A stretch of 64,000 nucleotides of DNA from an uncultured Gemmatimonadales bacterium (GCA_963828735.1 CAWHFW010000005.1:1664001-1728000), one strand, 5' to 3'; numbered from the stretch's first letter, positions 28,709 to 39,678 are shown. A program made the numbers and translations. Notes: a model not told the origin generated them from the letters alone.

Positions 28709-29602
28709 ATGGGCACAGCACAGGCAGTACCGGCGGCGACACCGATCGAGCAGCGAGGCTATGCCCACCCCGAGGTGCTGGTCTCGACCGACTGGGTGGC
28801 GGAGCATCTCAACGATCCGAAGGTGCGGCTGGTGGAGTCCAACGAAGACATTCTGCTGTACGACACCGGGCACATTCCCGGCGCGGTCAAGATCGACTGG
28901 ACCACGGACCTGAACGACCAGCTGATCCGCGACTACGTGGACCGGAACAGGCTCCAGGCGCTCCTCCGGTCGCGCGGCATCAATGACGACACCACGATCG
29001 TGTTCTACGGTGACAAGAACAACTGGTGGGCGACGTACGCGCTCTGGGTGCTCCAGCTCTTCGGCGTCACCAACGTGAAGATCCTCGACGGCGGACGGCT
29101 CCGCTGGGTGGACGAGGGCCGGAAGCTCTCGAGCGACACACCGACGTATCCGGCGGGGAACATCACGGTCGGCGAGCGAAACGACCAGCGGATCCGCGCA
29201 TTCCGCGACGACGTGCTCAACCACCTGAAGAAGAAGGGCCAGCTCGTGGATGTGCGGAGCCCGGAGGAGTTCCGGGGCGAGAAGACCCACATGCCCGAGT
29301 ATCCGCAGGAGGGCTGCCTCCGCGGCGGGCATATCCCGGGCGCCAAGAGCATTCCGTGGGCGAAGGCGATCGACCTCGACACGCACACGTTCAAGTCGGC
29401 GGCGGACCTTCGGAAGCTGTACGAACAGGAGAACGCGCTCACGAAGGACCAGGAGACGATCGCGTACTGCCGGATCGGCGAGCGCTCGTCGCACACGTGG
29501 TTCGCGCTGACGTATCTGCTGGGGTTCGACAAGGTGCGAAACTACGACGGGTCGTGGACCGAGTGGGGGAATGCAGTGCGGCTGCCGGTGGAGAAGCCGT
29601 AG
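28709..29602 (+). CDS. Thiosulfate sulfurtransferase (double rhodanese, SseA/CysA-like)
   Basis: AAGGAGG RBS, GHIPGA twice, active-site loop YCRIGERS and YDGSWTEW. Confidence 0.95.
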   Translation: MGTAQAVPAATPIEQRGYAHPEVLVSTDWVAEHLNDPKVRLVESNEDILLYDTGHIPGAVKIDWTTDLNDQLIRDYVDRNRLQALLRSRGINDDTTIVFYGDKNNWWATYALWVLQLFGVTNVKILDGGRLRWVDEGRKLSSDTPTYPAGNITVGERNDQRIRAFRDDVLNHLKKKGQLVDVRSPEEFRGEKTHMPEYPQEGCLRGGHIPGAKSIPWAKAIDLDTHTFKSAADLRKLYEQENALTKDQETIAYCRIGERSSHTWFALTYLLGFDKVRNYDGSWTEWGNAVRLPVEKP

Positions 29603-29972
29603 GCTGAGTCAAGTTTTTAGACGCCGGCTGCCGAAATCGGCACAGCGGCGCAGTTGGAAGGGTGAACAGCGGGAGTGCTGCCTCGGTGCGGCGCTTCCGC
29701 TGTCGCCTGTCCCCCCACCCCCACCATCTCGTCACAGAGGTGCTCCGGCCAAAAGGGCCCTAATCAAGGCATTGACGGTGAGCGGGCACTGGCCCAACAC
29801 CTGCATTTAGACGGCGCGCCTTTCCAATCCATCACGACGACATAGAGCCGAAGTCCGGCTCCCATCGACCATAGCATTGACCAACTCCTGGTCGCCGTTC
29901 GCGGCGAGGACTTGGTATCGTTCGCGCCCCCGGTCCCGGAGGGCGTGTGTCCGTTCCTCTGTGGAGGCTCCG

Positions 29973-32900
29973 ATGCGCGGCGTCATGGCGGTCGTCCGTG
30001 TTCTTGTCGTCCTTCTGGTCATCGGGTTCATCGCGAACTGTGCTGACGGCCCGACGGCACCGGAGCGGAGCGTCGCAAACCAGCCATCGGTCGCCCTGGC
30101 GACGGCCGGGGATGGCAACGGACTCTCGATCACGACGGACAAGGATGACTACGCGCCGGGGGACACAGTGTGGTTCACGGGGGCGGGGTGGACACCGGGC
30201 GATACCCTGGACATTCTGCTCACCGATTCGGTCGATGTTCACAACTGGTGGGTGGGCATCGACGAGGGCGGCGGGTTTCGCGATTCCACGTACGTCGTAG
30301 ATGTCAATGACATCGGTGTCACGTTCACGCTAACTGCGACCAACCGTCGCAATCCCAACCAAACACTGACGGTGATCTTTACTGATGGTAATCCTCAGGT
30401 TAACACCATTACGCTAAGTCCTACGAGGCCTAATCCGGGCATCAGTCCATTTACCGCATCCTTTACAGTTACAACCGTCGGGACTGGGCCTGGCGGTTCG
30501 AACATTACAACCTGGGCGGCGACAGGCTGGCGCATCTATCCCCGTCCTGGTTCGGCCTCAGGCACATTTACGTGTGTCGACAAGGTTCCGGATCAAACAA
30601 CCGAAACCACCTCCGCGCCCCAGGTCATCACCTTGACGACCCCAGCAGTGGCCGGCGACTACACGCTCGACGTGCAAACATACGACAACAACACCTGCGC
30701 AGGAAATCCCGTCGGCAACGGTGCTAAGAAGGACTTCACGGTCGGGATCTCCGATTTGACCATCACAAAGAGTCACTCCGGTAACTTCACAGCAGGCAGC
30801 ACTGGCACCTATACGATCATCGTGACGAACTCCGGCACTGGTATTACCGATGCCCCCGTCACCGTCACGGACGTTCTCCCGAGTGGCTTCTCCTACAACG
30901 CTGCGAGCGGTAACAACTGGGTGTGCACCCAAACACCGGCCGGTACCGCAAGTTGCACGCGCGGCGGGGGTAACAACGCGATTGCCGCTGGCGCCTCGGC
31001 TGATGCCATCACCCTCACAGTGAACGTTGCTTCGAACGCCGCGGCTTCGATCAACAACGTTGCCACAGTGGCTATCGGCAATGGAGGGAACGAGTCCAAC
31101 ACCGGCAACAACTCAGCGAGCGACCCGACCACAGTCGTGCCGGCCGTCACGCCGGCCTCGAAACTCGCTTTCACCAGTAGCGCGCTCAGCGTTGTTGTCG
31201 GTGAGTGCTCTCCCAAGGTAACGGTGCAGACTCAGACGGGCCCTGGCGCGGCGACGAACCCGAGCACGAACGTCACTGTCAATCTGACGAGCTCGTCAAC
31301 CGGCGGCACGTTCTTCGGCGACGCAGCGTGCTCCAGTTCGATTACCAACCGGCTGATCCAGACCACAGGCAACACGGCGGACTTTTACTACAAGGACAGC
31401 AAGGCCGGTACGCCAAAGTTGACCGCGACCGACGCCGCCGCGAACTTGACCGCGGCCGAGCAGACGGAGACGGTGGGCCAGGCTGCGACTACAACTTCGA
31501 TCAGCTCCGTATCGCCGAGCCCGGCGACCTTTGGCCAGCAAGTCACGGTCAACTATGCGGTTTCGGTGACTTTGCCCGGCAGCGGCACCCCGACGGGCAG
31601 CGTGGAGGTCAAGAACGGAAGTGATGTGTTGTGCTCGGCTTTGGTCGCCGCCGGCAGTTGTAGCTTCTATCCGACTGGGGCGGGCGCGCTCAGCCTGACG
31701 GCAAGCTACCAGGGCGACGCCAACTACTCGTCGAGCACTTCGTCGCCAGCCACATCGCTCACCGTCGACCCGGCGCCGACGACCACGACCATCGGCACCG
31801 TGTCGCCGAGCCCGGCGACCTTCGGCCAGCAAGTGACCGTCAACTTCAGCGTAGTTCCCAAGCACAGCGGTACCTACGGCTCGGTCATGCCCACTGGCAC
31901 GGTGCAGGTGAAGAACGGCAGCGTCGTGCTCTGCTCCGGGACGGTGGCATCCGGAAGCTGCGCATTCTATCCGGGCGGTGCGGGTACGCTGAGCCTGACG
32001 GGCAACTATCAGGGCGATGCCAATTTCGCTTTGAGCGCCTCGTCGCCAGCCACGTCGCTCACCGTGAACCGTGCGCCGACGACCACCACCATAGGTACGG
32101 TGTCGCCGAGCCCGGCGACCTTCGGCCAGCAGGTCACGGTCAACTTCGGTGTGCTGCCGAAGAACAGCGGTACCTACGGCTCGGTCGTGCCCACTGGCAC
32201 GGTGCAGGTGAAGAACGGTGCCGATCTGCTGTGCTCCGCCTCGGTGGCCACCGGCAACTGCAAGTTCTATCCAGCGGCCGTGGGCACCCTCAGCTTGAGC
32301 GCGGACTATATCGGCATCAGCCCGGACTTCGATGGAGACGCGAACTTCCTCGCCAGCTCGACCTCGGCCACGACGTCGCTGACCGTCAATCGGGCGCCGA
32401 CCACGACGACCATCACGTCGCCGCCTGCCAATGCGTCCTACGTTGTGAACGCGCCGGTCATGGTGAATTTCAAGGTGGAGCCGAAGAACACTGGTGTAGG
32501 GTACGATTATGGGTCCGTCCTGCCGACAGGCACGGTCCAGGTCAAGAATGGGACCACCCTGCTGTGCCACGGCTCGCTGAGCTCGGGAGCCGGGAGCTGC
32601 AACTTTACTGCGTCTTCGGTAGGGGGATACACACTCAAGGCTTACTACCTGGGTGATGCCTCCTCGTATCCAGGCGTTGACGAGAACGCAGACGCGAACT
32701 TTCTGGCGAGCGAGTCGTCCGGAACGGCGATTACAGTGAGTTATAACTTCTCAGGCCTCTTCGCCCCGGTGGATGCGGTACCTACGCTTAACAGCGCCAA
32801 GGCCGGTCAGGCGATCCCGCTGAAATGGCGACTGACGGACTACAACGGCGCTCCGGTCCTCGACTTCTCCGCGGCGGCGCTTGGGGTGGCGGTCAGCGGC

Positions 32901-33101
32901 ATGAACTGCACGGTTACGGCAAGCATCGACGCCATCGAGGAGTACGCAGGCAATTCGGGGCTGCAGAACCTCGGAGACGGTTACTACCAGTTCAACTGGA
33001 AATCGCCTCCCAGCTACGCGGGTACCTGTAGGAAGATCGGACTCAACCTCGGAGAAGGCTTCACCCGGGAGCCGCTCGGGTACTTCCAGTTCAAGAAGTA
33101 G
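29973..33101 (+). CDS. Large surface protein: DUF11 domain, four Ig-like (Big_3) repeats and PxKF-type C-terminal domain
   Basis: GGAGG RBS, signal ending IANC, SDLTITKSH...GNNSASD, repeats TTTTI..VSPSPATFGQQVTVN..PTGTVQVKNG..YQGDANF, and GQAIPLKW. Confidence 0.85.
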   Translation: MRGVMAVVRVLVVLLVIGFIANCADGPTAPERSVANQPSVALATAGDGNGLSITTDKDDYAPGDTVWFTGAGWTPGDTLDILLTDSVDVHNWWVGIDEGGGFRDSTYVVDVNDIGVTFTLTATNRRNPNQTLTVIFTDGNPQVNTITLSPTRPNPGISPFTASFTVTTVGTGPGGSNITTWAATGWRIYPRPGSASGTFTCVDKVPDQTTETTSAPQVITLTTPAVAGDYTLDVQTYDNNTCAGNPVGNGAKKDFTVGISDLTITKSHSGNFTAGSTGTYTIIVTNSGTGITDAPVTVTDVLPSGFSYNAASGNNWVCTQTPAGTASCTRGGGNNAIAAGASADAITLTVNVASNAAASINNVATVAIGNGGNESNTGNNSASDPTTVVPAVTPASKLAFTSSALSVVVGECSPKVTVQTQTGPGAATNPSTNVTVNLTSSSTGGTFFGDAACSSSITNRLIQTTGNTADFYYKDSKAGTPKLTATDAAANLTAAEQTETVGQAATTTSISSVSPSPATFGQQVTVNYAVSVTLPGSGTPTGSVEVKNGSDVLCSALVAAGSCSFYPTGAGALSLTASYQGDANYSSSTSSPATSLTVDPAPTTTTIGTVSPSPATFGQQVTVNFSVVPKHSGTYGSVMPTGTVQVKNGSVVLCSGTVASGSCAFYPGGAGTLSLTGNYQGDANFALSASSPATSLTVNRAPTTTTIGTVSPSPATFGQQVTVNFGVLPKNSGTYGSVVPTGTVQVKNGADLLCSASVATGNCKFYPAAVGTLSLSADYIGISPDFDGDANFLASSTSATTSLTVNRAPTTTTITSPPANASYVVNAPVMVNFKVEPKNTGVGYDYGSVLPTGTVQVKNGTTLLCHGSLSSGAGSCNFTASSVGGYTLKAYYLGDASSYPGVDENADANFLASESSGTAITVSYNFSGLFAPVDAVPTLNSAKAGQAIPLKWRLTDYNGAPVLDFSAAALGVAVSGMNCTVTASIDAIEEYAGNSGLQNLGDGYYQFNWKSPPSYAGTCRKIGLNLGEGFTREPLGYFQFKK

Positions 33102-33114
33102 CTTCACCCAGGGC

Positions 33115-33145
33115 CGAAGGGGCGTCTGCGTAGAATGCTCCTTCG
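33115..33145. terminator. Hairpin between convergent genes (GAAGGGGC family)
   Basis: CGAAGGGGCGTCT-GCGT-AGAATGCTCCTTCG, an imperfect stem. Confidence 0.55.
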
Positions 33146-33151
33146 CTGTGC

Positions 33152-33946
33152 TCATGGCGAGGCGCTGGCCTCTCGCCCATGGCGCGCGCCCCGGATCACA
33201 TCCGGCACGTTGGTGACGATCCCCGCCACCCCTCGCGCCCACAGGCGCCTGGCGGTGGCGGCGTCGTTGACAGTCCAGACATGCACAGGGGCGCCGAGCT
33301 CGCGCGCGGCGCGCACGAACGCCCGCGTGGGCACCGGCAGCCCGTGCCAGCGAAGTGGTACCGAGAGCAGCCGGTAGCGCGAGGTGGTCCCACGGCGGCC
33401 CAGAACGGCACGGCGATAGAGGGAAGAGATCTCGGGCCCGGTCGCGCCGCACGCGAAGGGCTCCCCACGGAAAGCCTCGAGCGCGCCCAGGTGCTCGGAG
33501 GCCACGACGCAGCGATCGGTCGCCCCTCCCTCAACCAGCGCGCGCCGCACGGATTCCTGCACCTCCGGCTCTTTCACCTCGATCATCACGGGCATCGCCG
33601 GGAAGGTCCAGAACACCTCGGCGAGCGTCGGGATGCGTACTCCCGCGCCGCGGAACGGGTAGGTCCGCCCGCCGTCGGGCGTGAACCACCGTCCCGCGTC
33701 GGCCCCGCGCAGCTCGGCGAGCGTCCGGGCGCGCACCGGACCGGTCAGGTCGGTGGTCCGGTCGAGGGTGTCGTCGTGAATGACGACGGGCGCGCCGTCC
33801 CGGGTGAGCCGGACGTCAAGCTCGAGCGCGTCGGCCTGCTGCTTCACCGCGAGCTCGAACGCGGCGAGCGTGTTCTCGGGGGCGTACGCGGAGGCGCCGC
33901 GATGCGCGATGACGGGCCGGGCCTCGAGATCGAGCAACGGGTTCAC
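33152..33946 (-). CDS. Glycerophosphodiester phosphodiesterase
   Basis: IAHRGAS..PENTLAAF, ELDV, IHD, IEVK and WTVN. The GTG overlaps the upstream TGA. Confidence 0.93.
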   Translation of the reverse strand: MNPLLDLEARPVIAHRGASAYAPENTLAAFELAVKQQADALELDVRLTRDGAPVVIHDDTLDRTTDLTGPVRARTLAELRGADAGRWFTPDGGRTYPFRGAGVRIPTLAEVFWTFPAMPVMIEVKEPEVQESVRRALVEGGATDRCVVASEHLGALEAFRGEPFACGATGPEISSLYRRAVLGRRGTTSRYRLLSVPLRWHGLPVPTRAFVRAARELGAPVHVWTVNDAATARRLWARGVAGIVTNVPDVIRGARHGREASASP

Positions 33947-35562
33947 GGGCCGGCACCGTAGTGACTCCGGAGCGAGTCGCGGAGCGCGGCCTTGAGGAAC
34001 TTGCCGGTCGAGGTGCGCGGGATCGCGGAGACGAAGACCACGTCGTCCGGAAGCCACCAGCGCGGGAACCGCTCGCCCAGGAACGCGAGCAGCTCGGCAG
34101 GCTCGACCGTTCGACCCTCGCGCAGGACCACCGCCGCGAGCGGTCGTTCACCCCACCGGGAATGGGGCACCGCCACGACCGCCGCCTCGGCGACAGCCGG
34201 GTGTCCCATCAGCGCGCCCTCGAGCGCCACCGAACTGATCCACTCGCCCCCCGACTTGACCAGGTCCTTGCTCCGGTCGCGGATCTGGAGGTAGCCGCGC
34301 GGGTCGATGGTCGCGATGTCGCCGGTGCGGAACCAGCCGTCGGCCGTGAACCACGCGCCGTCCTCCTCCGGCCGATAGTACGCGGAGGCGACGTAGGCTC
34401 CGCGCACCTCGAGCTCGCCCATCGTTTGGCCGTCCCAGGGCACCTCCCCCTCCTCGTTCCGAACCCGGAGCTCGAGAAACGCGCCTGGGGCGCCGGCGGT
34501 CATTCGGAGCGCGTGACGCTCGTCCGGCGGCAATGCCTCGCCTTCGGGCGTGAGGCGGCCCAGCGTGCCGACGGGCGCGATCTCGGTCATGCCCCACGAG
34601 GTGAGCACCTGTGGGCCGTGTCGCTCGAGCCCGCGCACCAGCGACTCGGGCGCGGCCGCGCCGCCGATGACGATGGTCCGAAGCGCGGAGAGATCATACC
34701 GGCCCGGGCACACCTCGAGCCGATCGAGCACACCCAGCCAGACGGTCGGGACGCCGGCGCTGAAGGTGACACGCTCCGCTTGGCAGAGCTCGAGCAATGA
34801 CGCGGGCTCGAGGTGCGGCCCGGGGAAGACGAGCCCCGCGCCGGTGAGTGCCGCGGTGTAGGGAAGTCCCCACGCGTTGGCGTGGAACATTGGGATGACG
34901 GCGAGCACGTTGTCGGCCGCGCTGATGGCGAAGCTTCCGGCCATGGCGGTTGCCATCGAGTGGAGCACGAGCGCCCGGTGCGAGTAGACGACACCCTTCG
35001 CTCGACCGGTGGTGCCCGAGGTATGGCACATGGCGGCGGCGTCTCGCTCGTCGGGGTCGGGCATGCCGGCAAGCTCCTCGGGCGCGGCCGCGATGAGGGC
35101 TTCGTAGTCCAGCATGCCCTCGGGTGCCGTGCCGCCGTCGGCGATCACGACGACATGGCGGAAGCCGGCGCGGTCCCGGAACGACTCGAGCAGCGGGAGC
35201 AGCGCATCGTCCACCAGTACGACGCCGTCCTCGGCGTGGCGGGTGATGTAGGCCAGCTCGTCGGCGTGGAGGCGAAGGTTCAGGGTGTGGAGCACGGCGC
35301 CGAGGAGCGGGATGGCGAAGTAGGCCTCGAGGTGCCGGTCGTGATTCCAGCACAGCGTGGCGACGCGATCGCCGCGGCGGACGCCGAGCGCCTGAAGCGC
35401 CGCGGCGAGGCGGCGGGCGCGACGCATGACCTCGCGGTACGTGGTGCGGTGGAGCGCGCGGTCGGCGCGCCGGCTCACGACCGGGCGGTCCCCGTACAGC
35501 GCCTCGGCCCGCCGCGCGACGGCCGCCAGGGTGAGCGGGTAGTCCATCGTCAGGCCGCGCAT
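33943..35562 (-). CDS. Long/medium-chain fatty-acid-CoA ligase
   Basis: HTSGTTGRAKG, WGMTE, FRTGD, DRSKDLVKSGGEW and TGK. Confidence 0.93.
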   Translation of the reverse strand: MRGLTMDYPLTLAAVARRAEALYGDRPVVSRRADRALHRTTYREVMRRARRLAAALQALGVRRGDRVATLCWNHDRHLEAYFAIPLLGAVLHTLNLRLHADELAYITRHAEDGVVLVDDALLPLLESFRDRAGFRHVVVIADGGTAPEGMLDYEALIAAAPEELAGMPDPDERDAAAMCHTSGTTGRAKGVVYSHRALVLHSMATAMAGSFAISAADNVLAVIPMFHANAWGLPYTAALTGAGLVFPGPHLEPASLLELCQAERVTFSAGVPTVWLGVLDRLEVCPGRYDLSALRTIVIGGAAAPESLVRGLERHGPQVLTSWGMTEIAPVGTLGRLTPEGEALPPDERHALRMTAGAPGAFLELRVRNEEGEVPWDGQTMGELEVRGAYVASAYYRPEEDGAWFTADGWFRTGDIATIDPRGYLQIRDRSKDLVKSGGEWISSVALEGALMGHPAVAEAAVVAVPHSRWGERPLAAVVLREGRTVEPAELLAFLGERFPRWWLPDDVVFVSAIPRTSTGKFLKAALRDSLRSHYGAGP

Positions 35563-35621
35563 GTGGTCTCGACCGGTCTCATGCCAAGCGCCGTTTCATC
35601 CCAACCACCATAGGACGCTCC

Positions 35622-35692
35622 GATCGAAGCGAGGAAGCCCGGCTGACATTGCCGAGCGACATGGAGAGCGCGCCGCTTCGCTCGGGATGAAA
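35622..35692. repeat. Degenerate REP-like palindrome (CATCCCGAGCGAAGC type)
   Basis: GAAGCGAGGAAGC ... GCTTCGCTCGGGATGAAA, with CCGAGCGA/TCGCTCGG arms. Confidence 0.45.
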
Positions 35693-35890
35693 ATCGGTGT
35701 CCGCTCAGGTCGCAACCCTCGCCTCCCCAACTTTGGACAGGTCGCACACCCCGCCTCCGACACTCCCCGCGCCAGCGTTCGTGAGCCTTGAGCCCGCACC
35801 GACGCTGGATGCCCCGCGATCGCCGCGATCCAATATTCGTCGCGCATGACAAGCCGTGGGACGCGGCACCACATTTCTCAGGAGCATCCG

Positions 35891-36685
35891 ATGAAGGCAC
35901 GATATCTCAACCACGCGACCGCGGTGGCCGCATTGCTGGGCGCCGCGCTCGTTCTGGCGTGCAGCGACAACGGCTCGGACGTGAGCGCGCCGGACCCGGC
36001 GCCAATCCTCCGTGCGACCACCAGCGTGAGCGGCGAGGTCGACGTCTCCATTTCCGCGTTCGCCGCCGCCATCGGCGCCGTGGACAACAAGGGCGCACCC
36101 AACCTGCACGACGCGACCGGGCGCCGCGGCGTAAACTGGGACGGTGTGCCGGCCCAGTTCACCAATACCGACGCGTTTCCGGCGACCTTCTTCAACCTGA
36201 CCGCGACCCGGGGGCTCGAGTACATCTCCGCGACGGGTGGGCTCAGGGTGAGCGACAACCACTTCGCCGACGTGAATCCGACCTACGCGACGGACCTCAT
36301 CCCGTTCAGCGATCCCAGGATGTTCGCTCCGGTCGGCACCAACCGCACCGAAATTCGGTTCCGGATTCCGGGGACGGATACGGCGGCCGTCGTGCAGAGC
36401 TTCGGCGCCGTCGTCGTTGACGTGGACAAGCCGAACACGACCCGCCTTCAGGCGTACGACAAGGATGACCGTCTGATCGCCGATGTGCCCGTGCCGGTGC
36501 GCGCGGATCCCGACGAGTACAGCCTGATCGGCGTTCAGTTCGACCGGCCGGCGATCGCACGGATCGTCATGACGTTGGGCGATACGCCGATCGGAGCGGG
36601 TGTGAACGACGTAAGCAGCGGCGGGACGGCGGACGTGGTAGTCCTTGACGATTTACTCTACAGCGAGCCGCAGCCGTTACAGTAA
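35891..36685 (+). CDS. Hypothetical lipoprotein
   Basis: AGGAG RBS, lipobox VLAC, conserved-looking GRRGVNWDGVP and VVVLDDLLYSEPQ. Confidence 0.75.
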   Translation: MKARYLNHATAVAALLGAALVLACSDNGSDVSAPDPAPILRATTSVSGEVDVSISAFAAAIGAVDNKGAPNLHDATGRRGVNWDGVPAQFTNTDAFPATFFNLTATRGLEYISATGGLRVSDNHFADVNPTYATDLIPFSDPRMFAPVGTNRTEIRFRIPGTDTAAVVQSFGAVVVDVDKPNTTRLQAYDKDDRLIADVPVPVRADPDEYSLIGVQFDRPAIARIVMTLGDTPIGAGVNDVSSGGTADVVVLDDLLYSEPQPLQ

Positions 36686-36796
36686 AGATGAAAGGCGGGC
36701 GGCAGGGTGCCAGAAAGCGCTCTGCCGCTCACCGCTCAGGTGAGGGGTCCTTGCCGGGCCGGGCTCGACCGCGCGAAGGCCGCCGCCCCGGCCTTT

Positions 36797-37717
36797 TCAC
36801 TCCCCCCGTGAATGCCCCGCGAAGAACGCCCAGATCACCTCCGTGGCGTCCAGCTCGCGGCTCACCCGTCCCACGCGCCAGCCCGCCGCCGGACCACCCG
36901 GCCACGTGTGCCCGCCCCCTTCTATGGTATAGAGCTCGACCGAGCGCCCCTCGCGACAGCCGGCGAACACGGTGTGGCGCACGCGAGTCCCGTCCACCAC
37001 GCGATCCACCGCGTCCGCCGGGGCGGGTGACGGCGTGCATCCGTCCACCGTCGCCCAGAATGCGATACTCCGCTCGGCGGAAAGCACTCGCCCGCGCCGG
37101 AGCGCCACCCCGCCGCCCATGTATGGCATGAGTGGATCGGTCGTCCCCTGGAACGCGACCACGCTGAGCGGCTGTGTGCGCTCGCAGGTGGGCGCCAAGT
37201 CGGCAGGCATCGCCCCGGCCACTGGCGCGACGGCGGCGAACGTCCCGGGAAGGTCACACGCCAGGCGGTAGGAGAACATCGCGCCGTTCGAGATCCCGGT
37301 CGCGTACACCCGCCGCGGGTCGATGCCGAGCTCGCGGGTCAGGGTATCCAGGAGCACGCGCACGAACCCGACGTCGTCGTGCGTCGCCGCGTAGCCGCGC
37401 CCGTCGTTCCATCGACCGCCGAGCCCCTGCGGATAGGCGACGACGAAGCCCTCCCGATCGGCCAGCCGGCTGAAGCCGGTGTGCGGTGCGATGCCGCTCG
37501 CCTGCCCGCCGCCGCCATGGAAGACGAAGACCAGCGGCGCCGGCCGCCCCCGATGCCAGGTGGGCGGCAGATAAAGGAAGTAGCCTCGGCTCTCGCCGTT
37601 CACCTGAAGCGTGCGCGACACCCCGGCGGGGCTGGCGGTACTCTGGGCGCGCAGGTCGGCGGCGCGCGCGCCGAGCGCCAGCGCGATCGCGCCCAGCGCC
37701 CGAATGCTTGGTTGCAT
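36797..37717 (-). CDS. PHB depolymerase/LpqC-family esterase
   Basis: FHGGGG, DDVGF, GISNG nucleophile, GTTD and GGGHTWPG. Confidence 0.9.
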   Translation of the reverse strand: MQPSIRALGAIALALGARAADLRAQSTASPAGVSRTLQVNGESRGYFLYLPPTWHRGRPAPLVFVFHGGGGQASGIAPHTGFSRLADREGFVVAYPQGLGGRWNDGRGYAATHDDVGFVRVLLDTLTRELGIDPRRVYATGISNGAMFSYRLACDLPGTFAAVAPVAGAMPADLAPTCERTQPLSVVAFQGTTDPLMPYMGGGVALRRGRVLSAERSIAFWATVDGCTPSPAPADAVDRVVDGTRVRHTVFAGCREGRSVELYTIEGGGHTWPGGPAAGWRVGRVSRELDATEVIWAFFAGHSRGE

Positions 37718-37803
37718 GCACCCAATCTAGCCGCACGCTCGTCCGCCCCGCCGGGTCGGCCCTCGCTGGCATCCGGCTCGGGTTCCGTGCTAAGGTTCAC
37801 CCA

Positions 37804-38445
37804 ATGTCCACCGCCGACATCCGCCGGGAATACGCGCGCGCGCGGCTCGATGAGGCTGACGTGAGCCACGACCCGTTCGTGGAGTTTGCCCGCTGGTTCG
37901 CCGAGGCGCAGGAGGCCGAGGTCCACGACGCCAACGCGATGACCCTCGCGACGTCGACGCCCGATGGCGTGCCTTCGGCCAGGATCGTGCTGCTCAAGGG
38001 CTTCGACGAGCGCGGGTTCGTGTTCTTCACCGACTACCGGAGCCGGAAGGGCGCGGAGCTCGAGGCGAACCCCAGGGCGGCCCTGGTGTTCTACTGGAGC
38101 GAGCTCGACCGGCAGATTCGGATCACCGGAGGCGTCGCGGTGGCGTCGCAGGCGGAATCCGAGCGCTACTTCACGAGCCGGCCGCTCGGCAGCCGGCTCG
38201 GCGCATGGGCGTCGCACCAGAGCCGGGTGATCCCGGGCCGGGCCGCGCTGGAGGCGGACCTACGGGAGGTCGAAATGCGGTTCAAGGACGGTGACATCCC
38301 GTTGCCGCCACACTGGGGTGGATTTCGGGTGGTGCCCGACGCGATCGAGTTCTGGCAGGGGCGGGAGAGCCGGCTGCACGATCGAATCCGGTACGTGCGG
38401 GAGAGCGGTGGGAAAAGGTGGAGGGTAGAGCGGTTGTCCCCGTGA
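37804..38445 (+). CDS. pdxH: Pyridoxamine 5'-phosphate oxidase
   Basis: [30 protein letters not shown] and [13 protein letters not shown]. Confidence 0.97.
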   Translation: MSTADIRREYARARLDEADVSHDPFVEFARWFAEAQEAEVHDANAMTLATSTPDGVPSARIVLLKGFDERGFVFFTDYRSRKGAELEANPRAALVFYWSELDRQIRITGGVAVASQAESERYFTSRPLGSRLGAWASHQSRVIPGRAALEADLREVEMRFKDGDIPLPPHWGGFRVVPDAIEFWQGRESRLHDRIRYVRESGGKRWRVERLSP

Positions 38446-38487
38446 GGGTCGGCTAAGACACCATTATCCCATCGAGCGGAAGGACCT

Positions 38488-39003
38488 GTGCGAAGGCTAT
38501 CCCTCATCGCATTCGTTTGCGCGCCACTGACGGCCGCCCTGCCTGCCAGGCCCACCGCGCCCGGGGGTCCATTCGACGGGGCCTGGACCCTCGATCCCGC
38601 ATATTCCACCACCTGCACGGCCGGCGACGTCTCGATCCTCGTGACAGTCGGACGAGTGTACACCCGCCAGACCGCACCCGATTCGCTCACGATCACGTCG
38701 GATGTCGCGGTGAGCGGGGCCGGCATGACCAACCTCGCCATCCACATGCTCACTGTCCACTTCGATTCCGCCACGAGCAAATTCGCGTTCTCCGGTCCGG
38801 TCAAAGGCTCTGCGCAGCGGCAGGGATATTCCGGCAGGCTATGGGGCACCCTGGATGTGCTCGGAGAGTTTGAGAGCCCGGACCGTATCCGGGCCGGCGT
38901 CAAGACGACGCTGTCAATGCGTATCTCCGTGCCGGGCACGGCCGCATCCGGCACGTGCACGCGCGTCGACACGACGATCTACGCGTCGCGCATCACTGGA
39001 TAG
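38488..39003 (+). CDS. Hypothetical secreted beta-rich protein
   Basis: GAAGGA RBS, signal peptide, FDGAW start of a beta-barrel-like domain and a cysteine pair. Confidence 0.6.
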   Translation: MRRLSLIAFVCAPLTAALPARPTAPGGPFDGAWTLDPAYSTTCTAGDVSILVTVGRVYTRQTAPDSLTITSDVAVSGAGMTNLAIHMLTVHFDSATSKFAFSGPVKGSAQRQGYSGRLWGTLDVLGEFESPDRIRAGVKTTLSMRISVPGTAASGTCTRVDTTIYASRITG

Positions 39004-39061
39004 CGCTCCGGGTCCGCCCTTCCCCCCGCAAGGTTGCTTAGATTAGCGGAGGCGCCGGTCG

Positions 39062-39225
39062 GTGAGTCAGAGAATCTGCCCCGCTGCCGGGGGCCATTTC
39101 CCGAGATCGCGACGAACTGCCCGCACTGTGGCGCCAAGGTCTTCCTGCCGGGTCATCTCGTCATCGGGTTCCTGACTCTGGCTGTGGCCCTCGTGTTGTT
39201 CGCTCTCTGGTTCGCAGGACGATGA
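39062..39225 (+). pseudogene. Zinc-ribbon membrane protein with a 1-nt frameshift (or sequencing error)
   Basis: GGAGG RBS and GTG 39062. Adding one C to the C-run at 39079-39082 gives MSQRICPRCRGPFPEIATNCPHCGAKV plus a TM helix. Confidence 0.5.
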
Positions 39226-39358
39226 CGACGTCCGTTCAGCTGCGCTAGCATGGAGTCACGGGATCGGACGCGATCCCCGCCAGTGAGAGGCCAACGAAGA
39301 TGCGAAGCGAGTCGCGCGACCCGCTTTGCTGTTTTCAGCGCCTCTGTCGGGAGACGAG

Positions 39359-39547
39359 ATGGGAAACCGAGTCGTAGCAAGGTGCGAGGGGTGCAAGCAG
39401 GAGATCGTGCTGGCAGAGGAAGAGGCCGAGTCGTCGGCCCACCTGTCGGTGCCTGAATTCGAAGCCTTTCTCCGTGATCACCAGGCGTGTCGTTCGAAGG
39501 TGACCGCCGGGCCGCATATCACCCGGCACACGGAGTCGGGTGACTGA
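39359..39547 (+). CDS. Small putative zinc-binding protein
   Basis: GGGAG RBS and CEGC...FLRDHQAC (CxxC/HxxC). Confidence 0.5.
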   Translation: MGNRVVARCEGCKQEIVLAEEEAESSAHLSVPEFEAFLRDHQACRSKVTAGPHITRHTESGD

Positions 39548-39619
39548 AGCGTCGCTGGCCGTCCTCGAGGACGGCGGCGGTCGCTCCATCGCATCTTCCG
39601 CACAATCACGCCAGGCAAG

Positions 39620-39650
39620 CGAAGGGGCATACCGACGGTATGCCCCTTCG
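39620..39650. terminator. Perfect hairpin between convergent genes (GAAGGGGCAT family)
   Basis: CGAAGGGGCATACC-GAC-GGTATGCCCCTTCG. Confidence 0.75.
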
Positions 39651-39678
39651 TGCCCTCTCCTCTCCGCTCCAACCGGTA

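Noticed and set aside
29603..29972. Possible riboswitch or ncRNA upstream of the Ig-repeat gene
   Set aside because: Some pairing is possible (ACAGCGG/CCGCTGT), but I could not match any known family consensus by eye.
31480..32720. Repeats as a mobile element or DGR template/variable pair
   Set aside because: They are in-frame Ig-domain duplications within one CDS, with no reverse transcriptase and no adenine-specific pattern evident.
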